Part shown: positions 14,129 through 27,235 of the stretch, piece by piece | Position numbering within the stretch: the first letter of the stretch is position 1 | Layout: each line of letters begins with the position of its first letter | NCBI GenBank assembly: GCA_976226885.1 | Contig: OZ320319.1 | Location: forward strand, 39,990,001 to 40,054,000 | Direction of reading: 5' to 3' | Source of the DNA: Iphione sp. A-MEVVRFRX5 | Lineage: Eukaryota | DNA length: 64,000 nucleotides | Notes under the pieces: model-generated | Database searches by the model: none | Told to the model about the DNA's origin: nothing | What the model saw: only the letters and a program-made list of their open reading frames with translations | Translations under genes and position numbers: made by a program

Positions 14129-16091
14129 CGTGACATGCATAGTGACCAGAGAATGTGTCACCTATTTATTATTATATATGATTGAGGTTAAAGACTTTGT
14201 TCCGATCGTGGTTATCGATAAAGGCAGACATAGGTCGACTAAAAGTTATGTTAATTCCATCTTGTGCGGGCCCTTTGTTCCTCAGGAATGTTTTATTTTG
14301 TATATGTTTATCACTTCGCGAGTAGTTTAGCAAAATACCGTCAGAAGTCAAATTCTGTCTGAGTTCTCCACACAGTTAAATACGTTTATCACTTTCTTAT
14401 TTTGGTAAAAGTGGTGATAGAAAGCTCAATTACAAAACGACCGTGCCTGGCCGTTTTGCTTATACATATATCGTGCGGATATAATACGATGTCGTGTCAA
14501 TTACCTCCCATGGATCCTGTTAGCATGCCATTTTAACTGGATGTCTTCCTCATTCAAGGTGGTGGGGGCCGAGCGGTTGTGATCACACCAGACAATTTAT
14601 TATGGTGTCTTGCTGCAGTTGATACCAACGCGTAAAAATACGCCTACAGAAAACAAAGAGAAGACAGCGAAAGTGTGACAGACACTGGCAAAGGAAAAGA
14701 GCCAAAGAGAGAAACGGGAGGGAACAGACAGACAGTCCGACATCATCGATAGATTTGTTCACGCAGGTTTTTTTTTTGTTTTTTGTTTTTTTTTTTTTGG
14801 GGGGGGGGGTGAAGGTAGGTGAGAATCTAGTGAGTTCTGCCCAATCTGCAAGCACGAATCCATTCATACAGCATATTGCATAGGGCAGGTTTTCATCGCT
14901 CAATACATATGCTTCTACTTTTTACAGAGAAATCTCACAAATAGAGCTTTCCTAATTACTGAAGAAGGAGAGGGGGCGAGACGCTTGGACAGACGAGCAG
15001 TCAGATACCTAGGTTCCTAAACGGCTGTAAATATTAGGTGGACGAAACGCACATTTTTGCCTGTGAGATGATTCTGACATGTGGTCACTGCTGATGTGTG
15101 TTTCTGGCAGGCATGCGACTTTCACAGTCCTCCAGCTTCCCTGGTTTGCAGCGGGCAGCGGCCTGCCACCGTCTGGCTCCCCTGGCTACCTTGAGTTAGT
15201 TACCTTGTGTGCAGCCGTCCTCGAGATTCGACGACTTGCTGCTTTGTTGACATGGCAACCGGGCAGCCGGGACACATGTGTAAACAGCACCGGCCGCCGC
15301 CCGTGCTGGGAGAGAGACCCCACAGGCTTGCTGCGCTGCGAGTAGATTTATCATTTGGCCTGGTTATCCCCGAGTCAGAGAGCGCACACGCACGCACGTG
15401 CCCCTATCCGACGCACGGCGTCCACCAAACGTGTCCAAATGAGCTCTGGCAGGTAGGATCACCTCGGGGGCTGTAAATCTAGCCATCCTTAAATGTCTCC
15501 TCGCTCAAACCCGGGCAGTTAATTTGGCACAGAGAAGAGGCCCCCTGTTAAAGGCGCTTACGGTGATCCATGCAAGTGGGCCGCCTGTGAGTGGCGAACA
15601 AATTCTCGACTCGCGGCTCCAGTCCAACACTTGAAAGGGAGAATATCGACATTTAAGTTTCTATGGAAATTCTTCTACGTCCAGTGTCGACAGGGGAGAT
15701 GGGGCTAGCTTAATAACAGGAAATTACAATTTGTGGATACAAGTTAGACAGGGGGGGGGGGAGGAGGCAGGAGCCGGTGGCTGGTCGAATGCAGTGGGCG
15801 TTTACGACAGGCTGGAGAATGGTCTTCAGGCTCCACTTTGTACCCAAAGGCATACAGGTTGTTTTTTTCGTTGTGTATATAACCTGGAACTAGATCTTTA
15901 GCTTTATTGTCATTAAAAAATCTTTTTTAGCTGTTCTTCCTTATAATTCTGGGGTAGCATACTACCATCTATTGCTGAGAATTGAGACCAGAATATCTGG
16001 GATTGCCCCCTACTCCTATGCCAACAGGTTTCTGGGAGCTCTTTGTACACAGGATAAAAATCCTATATACCTACAGCCTTTGCCACAAATT

Positions 16092-16200
16092 GTAGACCAC
16101 TTTTGGTTTGGGCTGAAGTGAGTCTGGTCATAATCAAGTCCCAGGCCCAGGATTGAACCTGTGACATCTAGATCAGTGGACCAGTAGCAGGCAGCACTCT
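16092..16200 (-). mobile_element. Possible decayed tRNA-derived SINE head
   Basis: B-box-like GGTTCAATCC within gatgtcacaggttcaatcctgggc on the - strand; A box is poorly preserved. Confidence 0.3.
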
Positions 16201-19200
16201 TGATTTGGATCGGAAAGTTACCAGGAGAACTGCAGAAAAAAAAGAAGCCAGAGAGGACAGGATGCAATAAAGGCTTGAAGGAGATACAATTTACGAGGTA
16301 AAGGATGGAGGACTCATAAATAGTGAAAAGATGTGAGAGACAGACATAGACAGACGGACAGAGAGACAGAAAGAGAGACATCGAGACAGGAAGTGTCTGA
16401 AGTACATGTACTTACATGTAACGTATACCGGGAGGGTACTCGGCGTGGATAGAATCGTCATATTTGCTTCAAGTTGACCGCGCAGTTACGTCTCATACAT
16501 CATAGATCACTATGGGCGTATGGATCTCTATTCATCTATGCGTTTCTAGGCGAGACACAAGTTGATTGGTTGCTTAACATCAGAGGCCCTGCCTCTTGGT
16601 AGCGATTACTGTAGCGATATGCGGTGTCCAGGGCATTGCCTAGCTTTCACGCCTTCAGCACCGACCAACTCCTCCCGGAGCTATCTATCAAGAAGACTCA
16701 AATACATGTACATGTGTACATTTGTATTTATTTCCTGGCACTTTACAAATTGCATCTACCTTTCAGATACATTTGTATCAATCATGTTAAAGTTTATAGT
16801 GCCATTCCGATTTTCCATCCGTTTCTGAATGAGAATGATTGATTATTACAGGCTGACAGCGATTGATTATTAGATTCTGCATCATGCATAAAGATTGCTC
16901 TGCCTGATGTATTATTTTATTCATATTATAGAAATAAAATCTGCTATATACCCTGGGAGATTTTAATCTTAACCATCATCTTATTAACCTGTAAAAATTA
17001 ATGTTTAATACTTCTTCAAATCATCAAAGGTCTGCGTCACTGAATATAAGAAAAATTGAGAGTATGTATATTTTTTGTGTACCGTGCAAAAGTAGTAAGC
17101 AAATAACTTTCTGAACTAGGACCATAAAGGTAATGTGCAAGAATGACCACTGTGGCACAGCAGCACCAGGCTGGAATAGTATAAATTTGCCAATGTCTAT
17201 TGATTTGCAAAAGTCAGAGAAGTTAGATAGAACAAGGAGTTGTCACAGATCTTCCATGTCATAGGTTTACATCACTGTCATACCAGAAAGAAATGGCAAC
17301 AGGTAAAGTTTTTTTTCACCTATTGTAACTTGAAAATCCATTAAAACAGTTTCGAGAAGCCTTCCAACCACACATCTAGTATAAATATAACATTCAGCCT
17401 AGCTGGACGTAATTGACAGAGCAGGGATGTAGTTATATCATGAAACGTCAGATGTTATCTGCATGCAAGACCGCAGGTCATAATCAGATATTCGTCATTT
17501 ACGCTCAGCACCTTACGTACCCAGCGGCAGCGTCCAGCCAGTTATTCATCACCAAGGATCAAGGCTTCACGCACATTGTGACCTCTAGTGACATGAGCAA
17601 GACCTTACATCGTTCGTTACTTTTCGTTACGTTTTGTTGTGCGCAGCAAGAGACGCAGCTGTACTTTCGTCTATGACAAATTTCCCCTCCGCGCGACCGC
17701 CAAGGCAAGATCGATCAGTACGGCTGTCAGCCATGACTTTCTCAAATTGAAAAGGAAGCTTTAAGAGGGAAAGGTCATACTGAGCAGTTCCTCACTCAGT
17801 CTACCGCCAGAACCCACATCCCTTCTCGGCTAGATCCAACCCCCCCCCCCGTCCCCACCTATACAGCGACTGTGTCTGGCCACTTCCCATGTCACCCAGT
17901 CTCCCAAGCAATTCCGTTGGATCAACATTTTGCCTAGAGACTATGGAGAGGGGTCCATTCACGGGTCCGCAGTGGGGAATATTTGTGGCCTGCTGGGCTT
18001 ACCATAAGCCGCAGATCGCGGATGTTGCTCCGTGTCCTTCATCTGCACAGGAAGGTCATTCGCTAGATGCCATGGCTGAGCTCCCGTTCAAAGGAATCTC
18101 GTGATTATAATAACGCAGCTGTCGTCGCTGTTCTGTTGAACGCGGTCCTTTCATGTCGTTTTTCATCACTGTCTCACAGGTTATTGTCAGAAATGGATCA
18201 CGGTGGATTTACCCCCGGGCGTCATGCCTTTCTAACGAACAGTTCTTCTGTCTGGATGATATTCTGTGGTTATGCAGACCTAACCGGTGGTGTAGACCGG
18301 TCTTGACATCGCTCTATCTGCCTCTCCTTTGGTCTATAATTATGGGTCTTTCTCTTTTGTATTTATGTGTATTCCCCTTCTCCGTCTCCATTTGTCTGCC
18401 CGTTTTGCATATTCCTTACGACGCTTCGGTTTTGTGGATCTTGACTTCCTTCTGATAAATCGCGTCAACCGAAAACAGTGGCCCTCCGCCCACACCTAGA
18501 CACCCTCCTCACTCTTATAGCCACCTGTAGGCGCCCGTAGATAACCCGGCTATATTTCATGGTTATTCCACCTCCGTCGCTTGCTGGAAGTATGCCACAC
18601 ATTATTGCATGTGCTATGAATACCTGAACACTAGTACCTCCACCTGAGGGTGGACTACTAAAAGCAGGGCGAGTACATTATACACACGACCCATATCGAA
18701 CCCCTCGGGGCCTCACTACACCCGAACGTTCCGCGCTATCCTGTCCGCCCGCTTATATTGATTCGATCCAGTATCTTCTCCTCGGGCGTGAGAGCATGGG
18801 CATGGATTCGCCCCACCCCCACGCCACCCACGTCCCCACATCGCACACTCCTGGAGGAATGGGCCGGGCAAGATGGCTGACTGCTGCCCCCTGGGGGTGG
18901 GGGTGGGCGTCAGGGGTCAGGATAGGGTGTGGGGGCTCTGACAAGCTGACCATGGCCACCCATCATTAGGCGTCCGTGACCGGTTAATGGACCTCACACA
19001 AGCAGGAACTGCTCCTCCCTACCACCTGGGCCAGAACCAACATGGCACAGAAGCAGCTTGTTTGGTCTAGGCCCTTATACTTGAGCAATGGAGTGTATGT
19101 AGGATAGGTAAACTCAGAACTATTTCCATTTTTACGAGATTTTATTGGTCAAGTGTCCACTAGTGAAAGCTGCTCGATGTGTTTGAGACTCAACGGTTAT

Positions 19201-20390
19201 CTCCTCCTTGGACACAACTATAATTGTCCAGCTATTCAGGCTTTAATCAAACTAATGCGCTTCTTACTCATTGTTAGTGATGGAAGTGAGCTAAACAATT
19301 ATCTTTCCGGTTTCTGGATCGTTTTCATTCGTGGGCGGACTGCAGTAAGCTATCAAAGAGCATTATACATAATGGAAATATATGGCGTGACTAATCTCTA
19401 TCCAAAGTTATGCAGACATAAACATGTGTATGCGAACATGCCAAGCCAGTTATACTATTACCATATATTGTACTGAACTGTGACGAGTTTAAATTCTACG
19501 AGATTCAAGATTGGTTTATTCCACTCTTTTCGTAAGTATTACATCAAATTATTCCAGTAAACTAAGGAAAAAGAAAAAACAAAAATTGGTGTGAAGTTCC
19601 CTTATAATACATGTCCTCGTATCATTATTTAGCATTTGTTTCAATTCTTACATAACAAAAGGACATGCTGCAAGTAGCTAAATGGTACAGTTAAATAGGC
19701 AGAGCTTGTGGTGGTTCTGCTGCTGGAACCGAACTGACTTTTGAAAATGCCGTAACAATGAGGGTAAATTAATTTGTGGTCCGAAATGCATTTCAGTCGG
19801 CAAAATAAGCCAAATGGTGTGAAGTCACTGATGCGTCCAGGTGATTATTACATGGGGTATGACGACCGTGGCGCTGTCCTACAAGTCATTATTCATAGAG
19901 TTAATCTCATCGCTGGCGCCCCAAACCTCAAGACCGCAGTAGAGACGCCGTCTAAGCAGTGTTACGGAACGTTAGGGCATCGTCAGCAAGGCTGAAAGTG
20001 ACTACGAAATAATGGCCCATTCGAGCGTGGTCTTGTCGTGCCCTCTCCCCTCACCATAGGCGCCAGGGGAAGGGCAGCTCTTGACGGAGAGCGAAAGGGA
20101 GAGAGAGAGTGCTTAAACCACATGCAACGGGGTTACTTATTGACATGCTACCCATGCTCCGGCCATCACCCCGCAATCACGCGAAGAGACCCACCGGCCA
20201 GAACGCCCCTCCCCCTGGTGGCCACAGCTGGTACTAATCATTACCCATAATCCCCGGACGGTCATCCTTCTGAGGAGCATTATGGGATTGTGGACTTGCG
20301 CCATCATCCGGCTCATGTATGCACTAATGCGGTGAAGACCTCTAAGTAGGTGATTTGCGCTGGCAAGTGGATAGTGGGTGAGAACACAAT

Positions 20391-20421
<31 letters not shown>

Positions 20422-21113
20422 GCTCCACGTTAACAAAAAGTCAGAGTCAAAGAAAAGCCGTCTTACTGTTTCACTTACTATTCTGCATCCGTAAAAAAGT
20501 GAAAGAAATTTACGTTTTGCGTTATAATAGTAAGGTATAATCATTAAGCAATCTTAACTTGAAATGAATCATTCGACCAACTTTTAGATTGCCCTTGAAA
20601 TTCTTCATGATTTCTACAATCTCGGAATCTTTTGTAACAGTCAGTTCACTTTATATCAAAGAAGACTGATTTGAGCAGTACTTATGAGCAAACTGCAGAA
20701 GTCCCCTCCTTTTAAATGCACATTCACCTTCTTTTCATTTAATTCATGCCCACGTACATATATATATATATATACTTGCTCGTACCTATGTTTTGCTTCC
20801 AATATATACTGCAGCAAGTGATGTTTGTGATATTAGAGTCATTTTACTTATTTTGCTACTGTGCGTTAGGATCTGGCTAGTTGGTCCATGTGGATAACCA
20901 TGTCCACAGCCAACCCCTCATCTGGGCCTTTAAGGTCACTTGGTTTACCAAAGGAAGCCTTGACAAAGTGATATTGATAATATCGAATTAATCCCCCGAT
21001 AACCACGACTAGACGTATTGGACGTTTATCTTAGTCAGGATGGCGACTGGATCGTGATTGGTTGTCTCCTCCATATGCCACGATGGTCTCTAGATTATCT
21101 GTAGCTCTCTCGT

Positions 21114-21130
21114 GCGCCATCTGGTGACCA
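21114..21130 (-). promoter_or_regulatory. CTCF-like motif (TGGTCACCAGATGGCGC)
   Basis: Close match to the CTCF core consensus; motif match only. Confidence 0.3.
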
Positions 21131-22344
21131 AACAGAGCGGACGATAATGGAAGCAGCGGAAGTAAGCTGGACACTCACATGACGCCGGCGTCATAGAATG
21201 ACCAATGGAGCGACAGTGTCATAAAAGACCACGTTGATGTGACCTTTACCGCTTTCATAAAGGATTCAGCTCTTTGCGTGTACGTTATTTTTGCAGCATA
21301 TAATTTATCTTTAGGATCTTGCATTATGAAGCTGTAAGAAACAATGGCCATTTTCGGAGTAGGAAAGCGAGCGTCTATCATAATTCGTACTGGGTCTTCC
21401 CCGTCTATGTAATGTATTCAGTTAAGTACATGTACATTAAGCAGATTGCATGCATTGTAATTTGGACTTGATGATACTTTAGGGACGGTTTGATACAGTG
21501 CTATGTGGATGCAGGCAAAATAAACACGTTTTCCATTCTGGTCTGGTCATGCTTCCCATACAGTAAAGCGTAGGTCTATGTAGCAAATATGAACATGCAA
21601 TTTTGAAAACTCTTCCCAGCAGTCGTCTTACGAGGAGACCTACCTTTAGGGCTTCTGTGGAGTACACTTCCTATTTCTTGTTTAACCTAGAGATCGTCAT
21701 TATTATAAGTATGAAAACGACAGGCAGTTGGTCGATTGAGCTACATATTTGAATGTTTGGACATTTATTTGCTCTGGGAACTGACTGGATACACACGGTG
21801 GGAAGAGTTAGGCGTAAAGGAGATATGAAAAACAAGAACTGTTTCTAAACACGATGCTCCGGAAAGAACACAAAAAGAGTAATACAATGGAAGCCCTGCA
21901 TAAAGTGAAGTGCCTTGTGTTTCTCGGAATAATGCTTGGTCGTAGTGAGTGTCTACCTGAGTACAAATGACCTACACAAGAATAATGTACATTTTAAAGG
22001 TGGATTTCAGGTATCTTTCGACCATCACGTTGTATATTCATAGTCTTATTTTCCTTACAAAGTCCTTCTCAGTCTTCTCTTCTCCTTTCCCTTCCTTTAT
22101 TGTTGCTTACTTCCTAGTCTACTCTTACTTCTTTCAATTGTATGAATGAGCTGTATGTGTTGTTTTTATTTACGGGTCGCACATGCATTTTCACTCTTTG
22201 TCCTTCCAAGAAAGATAACTGAAGGGCAGCAATTTGTTGGCAGACCTTTGCCATATTGGTCGCAAGCGGCGTCGCCTTTCGTTTTTTTTACCCCGCAACT
22301 TTTGCCATAATTTACCGGAAGTTGTGTGATTGATGCGCGTGCTT

Positions 22345-22359
22345 CCCTCCAGGTGGCAG
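22345..22359 (+). promoter_or_regulatory. CTCF-like motif (CCCTCCAGGTGGCAG)
   Basis: Close match to the CTCF core consensus; motif match only. Confidence 0.3.
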
Positions 22360-22908
22360 GCGCGCACCCCTAGCGGGGAACCTGTCTTTCTGTCACTAGG
22401 TGTTCACAGTTGTCATGGTGACGCTGCTGTCTCAGTGTGTAAGGGTCCACCTGGAGTAGTGACATTCAGTGCTGGGCTCCCTGTGTGCGCTGTTTAATAG
22501 ACGGGGCTGGGAGCCACCATAAGGGGCGAGCAATATCCACAGTGCCGAACTTCCTGTACGGCTCAGCCCTGGGAGGTGAATGACCTTCAGACACACCAGG
22601 CGCAGGGGCGTAATTGCGCAATAACAGAACTGCGGAACTTTTGCAGCATGAACAGATGTTGATCTTAAAATGATAGAGGAAAAAGCTCTAAAGCTATTTT
22701 TTTTGTTTTTATTTCTTTTAAACAGATACCGACATCAGCCAAGAGGCTGGTTTACAGCCGGATCTGTAATACATAGAGGTTTGTCTCTACCAAGCAACTG
22801 TCTATTGTATACTATAAGGAGTTCTAACTCCCAACTATTCTAACCAGGCCAAATAAAATACATGATTACATTATATAACATCGTTCAATTGCAGTTCTAT
22901 TTCATGGT

Positions 22909-25836
22909 CTATGTATCTTGTTGATCATAAATATGTTCTTGTTTCCATTTGTTGATAATGTCATGTTTGAAACTGTTGATTGGGTGCAATGTGTCATAGT
23001 GTATAGCTTGTATTCTCTCGTTGTTCCATGTTGTAATGATGTGGTAATAACTGGTTTTTGTTATATGTGTATTGTTTGCATCTGGGGGTGTGATAAATTG
23101 GTCAATATTGTTGTTTCGTAGTGCATATTCCCTGGATCTCAACTTGTAATAATGTTGTGTGCATGAGGGTAAGATTTCTAAAAATGCCTTGTATGCTTGG
23201 ATTAGTTGATGTAATTTTATTCTATCTTTGATCAGTAGTATATTTGCTTCGTTGTGTACGTTCAGAGTTGGTGTTCTGTGTTCAAGTTGAAGTGCTCTTT
23301 TCAGACCTCTATTCTGTAATCTTTGTATATGTTGTAATTGATATGCTGAAGAAATAGACCATATGATGTCCATGTAATCAATATGAGGTAGTATTAATAG
23401 CTTGTATAGTAGTACTCTTGTCTTCGTGTCTAACCATTTGTTGATTATATTCAGGTTCATGAGCATCATATTGACTTTCTTGACTATTTGGTGGGTGTGT
23501 TCCCTCATTGTAAGGTTGTTGTCTAACTGTAATCCAAGATATTTATAGCAGCTGACTTGTTCTATTTGGATACTATTGAGGTTAAGAGTGATATTATTTC
23601 TAATTTCTGTTACTTTCTTTGAACTTCCAAAGATCATGAATTTAGTTTTGGATAGATTCAGAGCTAATTTATGGACAGTGAACCATTCAAACACTCTAGA
23701 GAGTGTATCCAAAGCCATCTGTTTACATATTTGTGGGTTGGTGTGGGTACACAGGATGGCTGTGTCATCAGCATACATTGCGAAGCGATGAGGTTCTATT
23801 ACTTGTCTTACGTAATCTATGTATAAAGTGAACAGGACTGGGCCTAACACAGACCCCTGTGGTACTCCGGCTTTGATTTCTCTATAGTCAGATAGTTCTT
23901 TATTTACCTTAGTGCATTGATGTCTATTTGTGAGATAGTTTCTAAAGAGTTCAAGTGCATTTCCTCTCATACCAATATGTTTCAGTTTGTTGATTAATGT
24001 GTCGTGTGATATGGTATCAAAAGCCTTGGAAATATCTAAGAACAGGGCTATGGTGAATTTCTTCTTTGAATTATTCTGACGAATACTATCTACTATGTAC
24101 TGTGTCATTGTCAGTGTGGAATAGCCTCTCCTGTATCCGCCTTGATATTCACTTAGTATATTATTTTGGTCTATATAGTTAACAAATCTGCTATGAATTA
24201 CTTTTTCTAATATCTTGTGTATGAATGGAAGTACCGAAATTGGCCTATAGTTGGTTGGTATCATTGGATCTCCTCCTTTGAATAATGGTGTTATTGTTGC
24301 CTTTTTCCATTTGGTTGGGATATACTGTTGATCAATTACTTTATTTATCAGTTGGGTGATGATCGGAATTAAGATTGGGGATATTTCTATGATCACTTTC
24401 ATTGGAATAGTGTGAATACCAGATGGTTTTGATACTTTAAGCGTTTTAAAAATTTCACTGATTTCATTTGTGTCAGTATGCGTAAATGTTCTAAGTTCTG
24501 TATATACTTGGGGATAGTCATATGTGATGTTTAATGAAGGTAATGATTGTTGGAGTGTCAGTCCTATTGTTGTAAAATGATTATTTAGGATATTAGCTAT
24601 TTCTTTACTATTCTCGAATAGTTGTCCGTTAATTTTAATCTTCTGAATGGTTGTTTCCTCTTTCTTGTTATTTGGGAGAAACTGTTTGAGAAATTTCCAA
24701 TATTTGCCTGGTTCATGTTCATAGTGTCTTAGCATGGTAATTATGTAATTTCTCTTTGCTGATCTGATGAGACTATTAAGTCTATTCCTGATTGCCTTGG
24801 CTTGAGTGAGCAGTTGAGGATCTTTGGTATTCCTATACTTTTTAAATATCTTTTCTTTGTCTTTGCGTAGTTGGGATATTTCTGGTGTTATCCATTTTGG
24901 CAAATTAGTAGGTATCCTTTTGGTCTTGATTGGGGCATATTTGTCCAGTTGGGTTATTACTTTCCTTTCTATGTTGTCCCAGGTCTTATCTAACGCTTCA
25001 TTGATGTTGACTTTAGCTAGTTCTTGTTGTAATGATTCTTGAAACTGGTTGCTATTGAAATCCTTATAGTTTCTTGATTTGATTGTTATGAATTGTGCTT
25101 TCAAAGCATTGCACTTTCTCTTTGTGAAGGTCCAAAAATGATCACTAATATTATTTAGTATTGTTCCTGCTAATGGATACTTCTGAGGTTTATTAGTTAG
25201 GATTAAATCTATTATGGTCGACGTTTTGCTTGTTACTCTGGTGGGTGTCTTGATTAGATTTTTGAAATTAAACGTCTGTGCAAAGTTTCTTAATTTCCTA
25301 TATTGTGGCGTTCTGTTTTTATTGTAATCAATGTTGAAATCCCCAAGTATTATTGTTTCCTTATTGTCTACTTCTATTTCGGTCATGATTCTGTGTAGTG
25401 TATCAAGAAAGATTTCGATGTTGCCTGCTGGTGGCCTATAAATGACTATTATATTAATGTCGCCTATGAAATTATGTGAATATCTAGTAACCATTGCTTC
25501 AATATTGGGATTTGATATACTTAGACCTTCATTGTGGTTCATGGTTGCATTATTTAATAACTTGGTACTATAATACATGGCCACACCTCCATGTTTCTGA
25601 TCAGAATGTTTCCTGTCTAGTCTAATTAGATTATAGTAATTAATATCGAGCAATTTATTATTAATATTGTGATGGAGCCAGGTCTCTGAGACAGCTAAGA
25701 TATCAATGTTTCTTTCTACAAGCTCAACTTGTAGTTTGTCTATCTTGTTGCATAGGCTTCTAAGGTTTGCGTGGATTATATTTAATCCACGCTTGTTAAG
25801 TTCCTGTACTGAGCAGAGTGTAGTGTTGTTTACCAT
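22909..25836 (-). CDS. LINE ORF2: apurinic endonuclease + reverse transcriptase (975 aa, uninterrupted)
   Basis: APE motifs IIHANLRSL, AVSETWL, YRPP, ILGDFN, IIDLIL, SDH. RT motifs YRPISVLP, FLDISKAFD, GVPQGSVLGP, YADD, YKYLG. Confidence 0.95.
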   Translation of the reverse strand: MVNNTTLCSVQELNKRGLNIIHANLRSLCNKIDKLQVELVERNIDILAVSETWLHHNINNKLLDINYYNLIRLDRKHSDQKHGGVAMYYSTKLLNNATMNHNEGLSISNPNIEAMVTRYSHNFIGDINIIVIYRPPAGNIEIFLDTLHRIMTEIEVDNKETIILGDFNIDYNKNRTPQYRKLRNFAQTFNFKNLIKTPTRVTSKTSTIIDLILTNKPQKYPLAGTILNNISDHFWTFTKRKCNALKAQFITIKSRNYKDFNSNQFQESLQQELAKVNINEALDKTWDNIERKVITQLDKYAPIKTKRIPTNLPKWITPEISQLRKDKEKIFKKYRNTKDPQLLTQAKAIRNRLNSLIRSAKRNYIITMLRHYEHEPGKYWKFLKQFLPNNKKEETTIQKIKINGQLFENSKEIANILNNHFTTIGLTLQQSLPSLNITYDYPQVYTELRTFTHTDTNEISEIFKTLKVSKPSGIHTIPMKVIIEISPILIPIITQLINKVIDQQYIPTKWKKATITPLFKGGDPMIPTNYRPISVLPFIHKILEKVIHSRFVNYIDQNNILSEYQGGYRRGYSTLTMTQYIVDSIRQNNSKKKFTIALFLDISKAFDTISHDTLINKLKHIGMRGNALELFRNYLTNRHQCTKVNKELSDYREIKAGVPQGSVLGPVLFTLYIDYVRQVIEPHRFAMYADDTAILCTHTNPQICKQMALDTLSRVFEWFTVHKLALNLSKTKFMIFGSSKKVTEIRNNITLNLNSIQIEQVSCYKYLGLQLDNNLTMREHTHQIVKKVNMMLMNLNIINKWLDTKTRVLLYKLLILPHIDYMDIIWSISSAYQLQHIQRLQNRGLKRALQLEHRTPTLNVHNEANILLIKDRIKLHQLIQAYKAFLEILPSCTQHYYKLRSREYALRNNNIDQFITPPDANNTHITKTSYYHIITTWNNERIQAIHYDTLHPINSFKHDIINKWKQEHIYDQQDT

Positions 25837-26383
25837 AAAATGGGTTCAGAAATGTACACTAATAAGATGAGTGCCTCTAAAAAAGGCAGCGGCAAAAGAG
25901 ATGCCTGCGTTAGCGGGTATTAAACTTATATTGCTATATATATTGGGGTAAAAGATTTTCCTGTAGGGTGGTGTTTCTGTTAATTGTACTCTATTTCTAT
26001 TGCTAAAAAATCTTACCATGTTCTAATGCTAGGGTGTATGCTGTAGTGATTGATTTCGTGTTGTGCTTCGTGTATATCGTACTCGTGGTCGTATGTGTGT
26101 CACCGTTTCCGGTCTGATTAAGTCATTGTGACGTATTTCCGGTATCGTGACGTATTGCGTGCCGTATAGCGTTTTCTGCTTTGTGTGATGTTTCGTATTA
26201 AATGCATATTGTGTTTGTTGCTGCATGTGTACTCTGTAATAAAATCACATTATTGTTGTTAAAAATGGTGGACTAAGGCAGTTTAGAACAAGTTAACTTG
26301 GATGATTATACAGATAATGTTACGTTAACTTGTTCAGCGATTATTACGATCGCGAGTGTTCATTGCTGGTTGTCTTGCTGAAA

Positions 26384-27235
26384 TTAATTCTCTTCTGAGT
26401 ACAGTGTCGGATTGCTGGTTGGTGTAGTTTTGACAAATACTTTGCCATTTACTGTCCATGCACTGGCATATTTGCCAGCCTTTGCATCCATTCTAGCTTT
26501 GTAGTATTTCTTACGATTTACATCAGAAAGATCTTCGTTGAGAAACACTCCATTTGCTACTCTACCTAACACTACTCTCTTGCTATAGATGAGTTGCTTG
26601 GTAGATTCCCTAAGAAACGATACATAGAGTGGCCTGGTAACATTGCTGTTGTCCTTCTTGCCAATACGATAGACCTGATCAAAATCTTGACGTGATACCT
26701 TAGGATTGATGTCCATTTTCTCAAATAGATTGAGAAGTTCATCCACGTCAGATTCGTTGGTCTCTCTCATCCCTACAATCCTCATTGCCTTATTTCTAGC
26801 CCTTTGCTCTATGTCTTCAGTTCTCTGGATATTATCTATGGTAGCAGTTGTTATCTCTGAAACCTGATCTTCGATACAGTCAAACCTCTCTTCAAAGTTA
26901 TTCATTGTATTTCTCAGCGTTGAGTTGATTGCTGCATGGATGATTGTCTCCAGTTCCTTCTTGTTGGTTGAGATATTTGACATCCTTGATACTGTAGACA
27001 TCATTGAAACACTTGAGTTGCTTTCCTCAGGTGCTTTTCCTGTCGACTGCATTTTCTTAGCCATTTTGGCTTTACCATTTCCGCTAGTCCCCGGTGTTGT
27101 GCCCTTTGAAATCCTCTCGCTCTTCTCAATTTCCTCCTTGGTGAATCCATTGAAGGATTCGGAGGAGTCACTCGAGCTGTTCTGCTTGCTGGCGAGATTT
27201 TTTCCTTTTTTGGATTTAAACATCCGTAAAGGCAT
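26384..27235 (-). CDS. LINE ORF1 (283 aa): disordered N-terminus, coiled coil, L1/Tnp22-like RRM-CTD
   Basis: Coiled-coil heptads (FEERFDCIEDQVSEI...IEQRARNKAMRIVG), RRM-like YRIGKK..RPLYVSF, and FLNEDLS...AWTVNGKVFVK. It lies directly upstream of ORF2. Confidence 0.85.
   Translation of the reverse strand: MPLRMFKSKKGKNLASKQNSSSDSSESFNGFTKEEIEKSERISKGTTPGTSGNGKAKMAKKMQSTGKAPEESNSSVSMMSTVSRMSNISTNKKELETIIHAAINSTLRNTMNNFEERFDCIEDQVSEITTATIDNIQRTEDIEQRARNKAMRIVGMRETNESDVDELLNLFEKMDINPKVSRQDFDQVYRIGKKDNSNVTRPLYVSFLRESTKQLIYSKRVVLGRVANGVFLNEDLSDVNRKKYYKARMDAKAGKYASAWTVNGKVFVKTTPTSNPTLYSEEN

Noticed and set aside
11847-15259. X-box-like palindromes GTTGCCATGGTGAC (11847) and GTTGACATGGCAAC (15246)
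   Set aside because: Isolated motif matches in repeat-rich intron with no supporting context.
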